Source: Promethearchaeota archaeon (GTDB taxonomy: Archaea > Asgardarchaeota > Lokiarchaeia > Sigyniarchaeales > SOKP01). From it: a stretch of 64,000 nucleotides of DNA. The notes under the pieces were generated by a model. The model saw only the letters and a list, made by a program, of their open reading frames with translations. It ran no database searches and was not told where the DNA came from. Positions within the stretch are counted from its first letter, which is position 1, and every line of letters starts with the position of its first letter. This document shows, piece after piece, positions 50,601 through 58,497 of the stretch. A program made the position numbers and the translations under genes. The stretch is from NCBI GenBank assembly GCA_048937405.1, contig JBHLNF010000005.1, positions 160,001 through 224,000 on the forward strand, read 5' to 3'.

Positions 50601-53600
50601 AGATTCATCAAAAAGAAGATTTGTTAAAAAAAATGGAAAGCCGAAAATTAGAAGCATTTAAGGCAATGGAAGTTGCAGATAAGTTATTAAATGAAAGTGA
50701 TTATGATGGAGCTATCGAGAATTATATTCAAGCAGAGTTGATATTAAATGAAATTAATTTTCCAACTAATGTTATTAGAGATATAATTCAAACCATTCAA
50801 GAGAAAAAAAGAGAAGAAAACCTAAACAAGATGAAAGAATTAGAACAAAAATATAGAAAACAACGTGAAGATGAACTCTTTCAAAAACAAATCTTGGAAA
50901 GAATAAAATTAGAAGAACAAGAAATGAGGGAAAAGCAAGAAAATCTATTGAAACAAGAGCAATTGAGGATCATAGAAGAACAAAAAAAACAAGAGGCATT
51001 CAATATATTAGATGACGCTAAAATAGGAATTAAAGAAATGAAGTTTGATGAAGCAATTGATTTATATAATAATGCCAAAAAGATATTTCTAGAAATTCAA
51101 TGGGAAGATCAAGTTAATTTAATTGATAAAGCTATTCTTACGATTGAGAATAAAAAAAGAGATACAGAAGTACAAAAACAAAAGAATCTAGAAAATAAAA
51201 TTCAGCAAGAGCAACTAGAAGTTACTTTCCAAAGAAATCTTGTTAAGGAAATGGAAATTGAACGTAAAGAATTAAAGAAAAGACAAATAAGTCTTAGAGA
51301 AAGAGAAAAAGAACTCATTTATAGAGAAAAAAAGAAAGAAGATTCATTTAAACTATTAGATCAAGCACAGGATTATCTTTCACAAGGCAAATTTGATGAA
51401 GCAATAGAACTTTATGAAAATGTGGCAAATATATTTGCTCAAATTCAATGGACTGATGAAATTCCAATCATAAATAAAGCTATACAGGATATTGAAAATA
51501 AAAAGAGAGAAAGAGATTTAATAAAACAAGAAAATTTTCAAGAGATAATAAAAAAGGAAAAATCTGAACAAGAGTTTATGGAAAAAATAAGGGATCTGAA
51601 GGAAAAGGAAAAATTAAAAGCTCTTGAAGAAAAAGATTCAATACAAAAGCGAGAATTGAGTATTTCTCAAAATTTAATCAAGCAAGAAGAAGCATTTAAT
51701 TTGATAAATCAAGGATATGATTTACTTAATCAAAAGAATTATGATAAAGCATTAGAAAATTATCAAAATGCAATAACTATCCTTACTAAAATAGGATGGA
51801 CCCATGATTATTTAAAACTTCTTAAAGATGCTGTAAAAGCCATTGAAATAAGAAAGATTGATGTTGAAAAAGAGAAAGTGCTTGAAAAAGAATTATTTAT
51901 GAAACATCAACAAGAAGAAGAACAGTTCCAAAAGAAAATAACAGATAGTATGAAAATTGAACAGAAAAGATTACAAGCAAAAAAAATTGAAATTCAGAAA
52001 AAAGAACAATTAAAACACGTAATGGAGAGTCGTAAAGAGGAAACCTTTAAAACTATGGAATTGGCTGAAAATTATTTTAATCAAAAACAATATGATAAAG
52101 CAATTGAACAATACCGCCAAGCAGAGTTAATTTTGAATGAAGTTGGCTTTCCAACTAAAGTAATTAGAGAAATGATAAATAAAATTCAAAATAAAGAGAG
52201 AGAAGAATGGCTAAATAGTCAGAAAGATCTAGAAAATAAACATCAGAAGGAGAAAGAAAATTATGAATTTCAATATAAAATCACAGAAAGCATTAGATTA
52301 GATGAAATTAAGTTAAAAGAAAGAGAAAATAAAATTCAGAGACAAAGAGAACTCCAAAAATACATGGAAAAAAGAAGGGAAGACGCCTTTAATCTTCTCG
52401 AAGAAGCAGAAGGATTCATGAAACAATCTCAATATGATAAATCACTTGAATATTATCATGCCGCTGAATTAATATTAAATGAAATTGCTTTTCCAACAGA
52501 TTCGATAAGGGATTTGATTTTAAAAGTTCAAAAGAAGAAACGAGAGTACCAACTGCAAAAACAGAAGGAATTAGAGCAAACTATTAAAAGGGAAAGAGAG
52601 GAATGGAATTATCAACAAAAGATAGTTAAGGAATTACAAAATGAAAAAGAACGATTGAAAGTAAAAGAAATAGAGGTATTAAAAAGAGAAGAATTGAAAT
52701 CAAAATTAGAGAAAAGAAGAGAGCAAGCATTTAAGATATTAGAGCAAGGAGAGGGCTTCTTAAAAGAACAAAATTATGATAATGCGATAGTCTGTTATAG
52801 AAGGGCAATGCAATTTTTAAAAGAACTCCAGTTTCCAACAGATTCTATAAATAATATGATAATTAAAGTTAATAAATTGAAAAAGCAAAAAGAAAAAGCA
52901 GAACGTTTAAAATTTGAAAAAGAACTTGATAGAATCGAAGAAGAAAAAGCCTTAGAAGTTTTAGTAGAAGAAAGAAAGAGACAAGAAAGGGAAAAAATGG
53001 AAGCGCAACAAATAGCACTAAAAGAACGAGAGAAAATTATCCAAGAAAAAATGAGTGTAAGAGAATCGGCATATTCTCTTTTGGAAGAAGCTGGGACTTA
53101 TTTAAAACGTCGAATTCCAAACTACAATGAGGCTATTTCATTATATATTCAAGCACGGCATATTTTAGCGGATAATATAGGATGGGAACCTGAAATTAAT
53201 AATTTGAATATATTAATTAAAGATTTACAGCAAGAACAAGCTAATTTCCTCAATAAAAAGCAATTAGAGGAACAAGCTCGTTTACAACGTCAAAATGAAT
53301 ATGCCTTATTTCAAGAAGAAGTTAGAAAAAGAAGGTTAGAAAAAGAAAAATTAAAACGGGAACAAGAAAAACAATATCGCGAGTTACTATATAAAAGAAA
53401 ACATATTGAACAAATTAAAAGTGAAGGATTAAGACTCATTGATGAAGGGAAAAAAAATGCAAGGTATCATGAATTCGAAAAAGCCTATGATAATTTTGAA
53501 GATGCAACTAAAAAGTTTAGAGAGATTGATTGGAAAGAAGAGATAAAATATATTGAGACTGAAATTAAAAATACAAAAATATTAGAAGAAAAAGTAAGAA

Positions 53601-53995
53601 AAGAAGAAAAGAGAATTCAACTAATACAGGAACAGTTAGAAAAACAAAGAATTTTGGAAGAAGAGCGTAAAAAGGCTGAGGAATTAAAACTGAGAGAAAC
53701 CGTTATTGAAGTTGGTGAATTAACTGAGGAAGTATCAGACATAATCGAAGAAATTAAGCAACAACAAAAACTAGATGCTGAAATTCAAAAAAAGAAGATT
53801 AAATCTAAAGCCAAAGACTTTCGTAAGGAAATGAGTAATTTAATAAAATTTAAACAAGAACTTTCTGAAGAAATAGCAAAGAAAGAAGCAGAAAAAAGAA
53901 AATTTGAAGAAAAATTACAGATGTCAAAAGAAAGAGAAGAAATTGATAACCTTAAAAGAATGATTAAAGAAACTTCTAAAAAGAAAAAAAGGTAG
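47633..53995 (+). CDS. giant repeat protein: 18 MIT/TPR-like helical units separated by E/K/R/Q-rich helical spacers
   Basis: Recurring AF..L..A......F/YD.AI..Y..A...(L/F)..I.W/F unit about every 115 aa. Confidence 0.8.
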   Translation: MQNPEELAQEALKYLDIAQKLEEEKEFENAISQYQQAADFLKQSGFLMHRVQEIYDRVSELKDFLQKEKLYQQIEHKTQSVQLQERGFALLDRAKKLEFDGLFEDAIQQYSSAIQLLSQAGWSETQLFELKTKINRLSQEFDKRKTTLEPQKQIPESQSPPIQLIQDEKPQIVGMFGQKSSIEKEEVIKRFREKRKYEENIQNQAFEHIDAAKLFEKDKKFDDAILNYEKAIGLLTSIGWTIQIQNIQSIIEKLKKDKINFESFQVKPSTTLETTDIEEEKVILEKRAKLAKEKLNKFELKKKHEEQVQNEAFNLIDIGNRFERENKFDEAIEKFEQAIQYFKSIEWDSYVHPIKGFINQIKEKQEREKKAEKLIEKRQKDLTILQDSIYLKQREQIFKSAKELDKKRREFEEKTKVDAKKEKDLFGILDKADKILKEKNFDDAINEYQKAFSILSDLGSGWETYTSMIKNTISNVEKLKNSYLTKKLDEQKKLEEKEREEIEFQKQILTQLDKERSQLKEKEIIIKDHEEEIKHFEQRKKVGFEYLDSAMDFLIQGKYEEAILAYQNAANIFAEIQWTEEIPLIEVSIQEVEELQRTQNIIEQRKLKDAIERQKKEEEFQKQVNKYLRQEREKLKKKEVELMEREKMVKYQEERSIAGFKLLDQAQDNLEQGNFDDAIEILKYAINFFADINWQNEINLIQNSIIEIENKKREAVIQDQIKIQAEIEREKQERLFRDYVTGEMKAQQEKFEKREIILREREKEIAFRENRKQEAFNLLETAQDLLLNGKFDDALEIYYNIANIFAQIQWNEEISIIQEAIQNIEERKRENEINKQKLMQKSIEKETADKAFIEQLRYQRGKKRAEILKEKEQIEKQKQLSAQNLVKQQKAFKLIEDGENLIEKGIFDDAISNYNEVIEILKEIGWEEGYLSLLRDNIRSFKAKKRDYEKEKQNEFEIKLKQQKEEELFQKRITEYMKKEQEKIQAKKIEIHQKEDLLKKMESRKLEAFKAMEVADKLLNESDYDGAIENYIQAELILNEINFPTNVIRDIIQTIQEKKREENLNKMKELEQKYRKQREDELFQKQILERIKLEEQEMREKQENLLKQEQLRIIEEQKKQEAFNILDDAKIGIKEMKFDEAIDLYNNAKKIFLEIQWEDQVNLIDKAILTIENKKRDTEVQKQKNLENKIQQEQLEVTFQRNLVKEMEIERKELKKRQISLREREKELIYREKKKEDSFKLLDQAQDYLSQGKFDEAIELYENVANIFAQIQWTDEIPIINKAIQDIENKKRERDLIKQENFQEIIKKEKSEQEFMEKIRDLKEKEKLKALEEKDSIQKRELSISQNLIKQEEAFNLINQGYDLLNQKNYDKALENYQNAITILTKIGWTHDYLKLLKDAVKAIEIRKIDVEKEKVLEKELFMKHQQEEEQFQKKITDSMKIEQKRLQAKKIEIQKKEQLKHVMESRKEETFKTMELAENYFNQKQYDKAIEQYRQAELILNEVGFPTKVIREMINKIQNKEREEWLNSQKDLENKHQKEKENYEFQYKITESIRLDEIKLKERENKIQRQRELQKYMEKRREDAFNLLEEAEGFMKQSQYDKSLEYYHAAELILNEIAFPTDSIRDLILKVQKKKREYQLQKQKELEQTIKREREEWNYQQKIVKELQNEKERLKVKEIEVLKREELKSKLEKRREQAFKILEQGEGFLKEQNYDNAIVCYRRAMQFLKELQFPTDSINNMIIKVNKLKKQKEKAERLKFEKELDRIEEEKALEVLVEERKRQEREKMEAQQIALKEREKIIQEKMSVRESAYSLLEEAGTYLKRRIPNYNEAISLYIQARHILADNIGWEPEINNLNILIKDLQQEQANFLNKKQLEEQARLQRQNEYALFQEEVRKRRLEKEKLKREQEKQYRELLYKRKHIEQIKSEGLRLIDEGKKNARYHEFEKAYDNFEDATKKFREIDWKEEIKYIETEIKNTKILEEKVRKEEKRIQLIQEQLEKQRILEEERKKAEELKLRETVIEVGELTEEVSDIIEEIKQQQKLDAEIQKKKIKSKAKDFRKEMSNLIKFKQELSEEIAKKEAEKRKFEEKLQMSKEREEIDNLKRMIKETSKKKKR

Positions 53996-54142
53996 AAATT
54001 AATATTTATCTTTAAATTCTTTAAATTTAAAAAGAAATTCTAACTATTTGTCTTAATTATTATTTTTTGAATTATTTGGAAACATATCATTAAAAGAGTT
54101 TAAATTAAGATCTTGAAATAATAATTATAACAACAAAAAGAA

Positions 54143-55738
54143 GTGTTTTATAAAATGATTGAAAAACCAGAGGATATTGTTAAGTCACGTATGTATGCTA
54201 GACAACAGCTAATTGATGGATGGGATCAAACTATAATTGATAATGGTGTTATTATGATAATTGGTGTTGGAGCTTTGGGTTGTGAAATTGCTAAAGATTT
54301 TGCTTTGATGGGAATTGGTAAATTGATCCTTGTTGATCTTGATACTATTGAAACCTCTAATTTATCACGTCAAATGCTCTTTAGACCAGGAGATGAAGGA
54401 CGAGCAAAAGCAGAAGTGGCAGCAGAAAGATTGAAGGAGATGAATCCTTATCTAAAGGTTGATTTCTACTTTGAAAAACTCCAAAAATTACCAATAGCGG
54501 TTTATGAAGAATCTGATGTAATAGTGGCAGCTTTAGATAATTTTAATGCTAGATTAGATCTAAATAAGATATGTTTAAGATTAAAAAAGCCAATGGTCGA
54601 AGCGGGGACAGTAGGATTTGAAGGACATTGCCAAATAGTAATTCCTGAGGGATCTGGATTGCAATACAAGAATAAGGAAAGCGAAATCGAGAATTTGGTT
54701 CAAACAAGGCTTTGGGAGATAACCGAAATGGAATATCCCGAATATTTCGAAGCACAGAAAAGAATTGAAGAACTTGAAGAAGAAATTGAAAATATTAGAG
54801 CTGAAAAAATTATTCCTTTAGAAGAAAAATTTAGAAAGGAAATTGAGATGGTTTTTGATTGGAAGTATGCTCCGGAATTATTAGACCAAACTCCTTGTTA
54901 TAGATGTTTAGTACCAATACCCCCTGCTGATGATAAACTTGTGGCAGCATGTACTTTAAAAGGTCTACCACGCAATAGAAATCATTGTGTAATTAAAGCT
55001 GAAGTAGAGTTTGAAAAGAAATATGGTCATAAACCTGACCTAAATTTAAATGATGAAGTAATAAAATTAAAAGAATTAGCACAAATTGAATTAGAAAAAT
55101 TAAGAGAACGGGTTCTTGATGAAAACCTTCCACCAGAAACAAGAGATTCTTTATCTGAAGAGGAAATTAAGGAATGGAAAAAAAATATTGAAGAAACATT
55201 TGGACCAAATTATAAGTTTGAAGAAATGGAGAATATACTTGGGAATAAAATTGCTGCAATACAAACTGTTAGCTCAGTTATAGCTAGTATTCAATCTCAA
55301 GAAGCATTAAAACTTCTTTTTAGAGTAAATGGGAGAAATATTGGTACTCCAATGGATCCTCCTTACATTAATTACAATGGAATTTATGGCCAATTCGATC
55401 ATCTAAATATAATAAAAAGAGAGGATTGTCTTGCTTGTGGAAAAATTGAAGGGGAAGAAAATGTACAAATTGTAGTTCCTTTTGATGCGGATGTCGGGTA
55501 TGTTTTTAAAGCCTTGAAAATAACAGGATATGAATTAAATCCAGAATTATGGATGATTACTAACCCAATGACAAAAGAAATATACTGGAATCCATATATG
55601 CCTTCATTAAAAAATCCAAAGATTAAATTAACTTCCTTAAAGGTTAAAAGCAACGACATAATTTCGATGACTCCTTTAGGTAAAGCATTAGTAGAATCAG
55701 AAATTAAAAAGTATAATGTCATAGTTGCATTTATGTAA
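54143..55738 (+). CDS. eukaryote-like ubiquitin/Ubl-activating enzyme E1 (ThiF adenylation + Cys domain + UFD-like C-terminus)
   Basis: YARQ, GVGALG, DLDTIETSNLSRQ, ALDN..AR, PCYRC, CTLKGLPR...HC, CLAC; ATG at 54155 is the likely start. Confidence 0.9.
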   Translation: MFYKMIEKPEDIVKSRMYARQQLIDGWDQTIIDNGVIMIIGVGALGCEIAKDFALMGIGKLILVDLDTIETSNLSRQMLFRPGDEGRAKAEVAAERLKEMNPYLKVDFYFEKLQKLPIAVYEESDVIVAALDNFNARLDLNKICLRLKKPMVEAGTVGFEGHCQIVIPEGSGLQYKNKESEIENLVQTRLWEITEMEYPEYFEAQKRIEELEEEIENIRAEKIIPLEEKFRKEIEMVFDWKYAPELLDQTPCYRCLVPIPPADDKLVAACTLKGLPRNRNHCVIKAEVEFEKKYGHKPDLNLNDEVIKLKELAQIELEKLRERVLDENLPPETRDSLSEEEIKEWKKNIEETFGPNYKFEEMENILGNKIAAIQTVSSVIASIQSQEALKLLFRVNGRNIGTPMDPPYINYNGIYGQFDHLNIIKREDCLACGKIEGEENVQIVVPFDADVGYVFKALKITGYELNPELWMITNPMTKEIYWNPYMPSLKNPKIKLTSLKVKSNDIISMTPLGKALVESEIKKYNVIVAFM

Positions 55739-55881
55739 GATTTTAACGATTAATTTACATCAAGAAATATTGAAATATCAGCCAATAAATTACTCATTAT
55801 AAATTTTAATATTTCATAATATTATTAATATATAAAATAGAGGCGGTAATTTTTCCAAAAAATAAACCAAGAGATACACCA

Positions 55882-56403
55882 ATGAGCAATACGCATTTTA
55901 AATTTATGGTAAAGCATTTTAAAAAGCGTGATCAAAAATATCCTCCTCATCAAAAAATTGAGAAAACGAAAATAAAAGAAGGAAATATTGTATTAGATTA
56001 TGGTTGTGGGCCTGGTAGTTATGCAATTGCGGCAGCAAAAGTAGTTGGAGATAGAGGAAAAGTCTATGCCGCCGATATTCATCCCTTAGCACTTGAAGAG
56101 GTAAAAAAAAGAGCGGCTGAAAATAAGTTAAAAAATATTGAAACCATCTTAACTGATTGTGAAACTCAGTTAGAAGATAACTCAGTTGATGTTGCTTTAT
56201 TATTAGATATTTACCATGATCTATCAAATCCAGAGTATATTTTAAAAGAATTACACCGTGTTTTAAAAAGAAATGGATGGTTATCAGTAGATGATCATCA
56301 TTTTAAAGATGATGAAATAAAAGAGAAAATAATTGGTAAGGGATTATTTAAATTTGCAGAAAGGAAAGAGGAACTCTTTAATTTTACAAAAATCTTAGAA
56401 TAG
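55882..56403 (+). CDS. class I SAM-dependent methyltransferase
   Basis: VLDYGCGPG, VYAADI, SVD, LKELHRVLK..G. Confidence 0.88.
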   Translation: MSNTHFKFMVKHFKKRDQKYPPHQKIEKTKIKEGNIVLDYGCGPGSYAIAAAKVVGDRGKVYAADIHPLALEEVKKRAAENKLKNIETILTDCETQLEDNSVDVALLLDIYHDLSNPEYILKELHRVLKRNGWLSVDDHHFKDDEIKEKIIGKGLFKFAERKEELFNFTKILE

Positions 56404-56428
56404 TGAAAAATTTGTTTTGTTTATATTT

Positions 56429-57037
56429 TCATCTATTTTTAATTTTATTAACTAATTCTATTAAATCTCCTATAAAATGAGCTTCAATACCTGCATTTTT
56501 CCCTGTTAAAAGATCATTTTCTAAATCTCCAAAAAAGATCATCTCGTCTTTTTTAACTTTAAAATATTTTTGAATCTTTATTAGTCCATCTGGAGCTGGT
56601 TTCCATCTCCTCACATCTTCCCTACCGATTATTAAATCTATTTTTTCCTGAATATTAACAATTTTTAAGGATGTTATTATTGTATTTCTTGTATTGAGAG
56701 ATAAAACAGCAAATTTTGTATCTTTTTTAGCACCAAAAAATTCATAATTATTGATAAAAAATATTGTTTCTTCAATAGGTGTGAGATCTTGAATATTTTT
56801 AAGTTCAAATTGTCTGATAATATCAAAAAAAAAATTCAAAATCCCTTCATCTTTTTTTTCTACAACCATATTAAGACAGTTTGAAACTCTTTCAACGTTA
56901 CAATTTTCTTTATATAGTTCATTGTACTTTTTAATTAAAATATCTTTCAAGACAGTCCAATTAGCTGTAAGTTTAACTATGGTACCATCTAAATCAAAAA
57001 TTATAATTCTTTTTCCTTCTAGTGCTAAAGTTGTCAT
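56429..57037 (-). CDS. HAD family hydrolase
   Basis: IFDLDGT, KPAPDG, FGD..ND...GKNAG. Confidence 0.9.
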   Translation of the reverse strand: MTTLALEGKRIIIFDLDGTIVKLTANWTVLKDILIKKYNELYKENCNVERVSNCLNMVVEKKDEGILNFFFDIIRQFELKNIQDLTPIEETIFFINNYEFFGAKKDTKFAVLSLNTRNTIITSLKIVNIQEKIDLIIGREDVRRWKPAPDGLIKIQKYFKVKKDEMIFFGDLENDLLTGKNAGIEAHFIGDLIELVNKIKNR

Positions 57038-57132
57038 TTATAATAACTGAAACTGTTTTAATTGCACTTGTTATTTATCAAACTATATTTAGAATAAATA
57101 AAATTAAGAGAAAAAATTAAGTTTTTTGGACC

Positions 57133-57651
57133 TTAATCTATTGCATATTTCTTAGTCCAGGCACTTGCTTTTGCCTCAAACTTCTTTTGAGCACGAAAAT
57201 ATTGTTCACCTGCTTCATGATTTAATGGATCTCCTGGATTAAAAAAGGGAGGTTCTACATGCATCATGCCTTTTAAAGCTTCTATTATATTTGTGAGAGT
57301 TTTACTTGGAGTCCATCCAGAAGCTCCAGTGCTAGCATCAACCTTTCCTACCAAATCGGGATTGATTAAATCTAAACAAATATTTAATTTTCCAGGTGGA
57401 ATTGAAGAATCAATATTAGGATGCCACATTAAAGTTACTGCATAAGCATAAGGAGGTGCAAATGGATAATTCTCTGGGAATTTGATTTCGAAAATAAACT
57501 TACCATCCGCATAGGGAGTTCCTTTCTTTCCGATGATAGTAAGTCTTAAATGATCGATACTTCTTCCCCATGGTTCTAAAATAACATTAGCATCATTCTT
57601 GTATGCTTCGATTGCTTCAGTATAATCTGTTTCTTCTCTGATAATTATCAC
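57133..57651 (-). CDS. ubiquitin-conjugating enzyme E2
   Basis: GTPY.DG.F, FPENYPF.PP, HPNI, catalytic ICLD, W.P, PLN.EA, WTKKYA. Confidence 0.93.
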   Translation of the reverse strand: MIIIREETDYTEAIEAYKNDANVILEPWGRSIDHLRLTIIGKKGTPYADGKFIFEIKFPENYPFAPPYAYAVTLMWHPNIDSSIPPGKLNICLDLINPDLVGKVDASTGASGWTPSKTLTNIIEALKGMMHVEPPFFNPGDPLNHEAGEQYFRAQKKFEAKASAWTKKYAID

Positions 57652-57944
57652 CTATCATTTGAATTTGCTTTTAAATTGTAATTGATATATTACTTTAATT
57701 TTATAAAAATATTGTTCAATTGATAAAAAATTTTTCACAACAAAACTAAATTATATTTTTAAGGTTGAAAATTTTTAGTTTAATATCTTAATAAAGTAAA
57801 TATATTTGAAGTTTTCTTAATCAAAAAATAAAAAAAATTGCATACAAAAAAATGTAGAAATCATATTTTTGTGTTATTCAATTTTATCAGTAAAAAACAA
57901 AAAAAATATATTAATTCTATAATTATTTATTTTTAACTTAACAA

Positions 57945-58124
57945 CCCCTCTTAACTCAGACTGGTAGAGTACTCGGCTGTAGATATTATCGCGTAATAAA
58001 GCTTATTGCTAATGAAATTACGTCAGCTGAGACCGAGTGTATTGGAAAAAACCATACCGGTAAAGGTCGCCGGATCGAGGTGAATCCCTCAAAGAAATTC
58101 ACGATACGCCGGCAGAGGGGACCA
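57945..58124 (+). tRNA. tRNA-Tyr(GUA) with three introns (57983-58031, 58038-58063, 58080-58107) and encoded CCA
   Basis: Spliced form folds fully: CCCCTCT/AGAGGGG acceptor (C1-G72, A73), ACTC/GAGT D-stem, CTCGG/CCGAG anticodon stem with CTGTAGA loop, AGGTC, GCCGG/CCGGC T-stem. Confidence 0.88.
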
Positions 58125-58133
58125 TTAATCTCA

Positions 58134-58140
58134 TTTTTTT
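58134..58140 (+). terminator. oligo-T tract after the tRNA, candidate archaeal terminator
   Basis: T run about 10 nt downstream of CCA. Confidence 0.4.
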
Positions 58141-58497
58141 ACAAGAATTTTAAAATAACACTTCACAATTATTTACAAAAATATTCTTAATCTCTCTATA
58201 GATCATTTTTAACAATTTTACTGAGTAATTTTCTTAATCTAAACCATTTAAATACATCTTTTTTAAAAGAATTATTATATTCAATGTTTTCCCAAATGCC
58301 TTTATAAGTGAGAAAGAGATATTTTTAAAATAACGCAAATTGAAAAAAAACTATAGATTCCTCTTATAGTATTATCTAATAATAGGGGAAAAAGAAAAGA
58401 AGTATAGTATTTCTGAAGTGCATAATTTCTTTACATCATTAGACAGATTTCCAGGTTTTAAATTAAAATTAATTTAATTCTAATTTTTTAATTTTTT

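Noticed and set aside
54143-57651. Bacterial-type E1-E2 antiphage system (CBASS Cap2, Bil)
   Set aside because: E1 and E2 are separate, convergent and eukaryote-like; no cyclase, JAB or Ubl gene is adjacent
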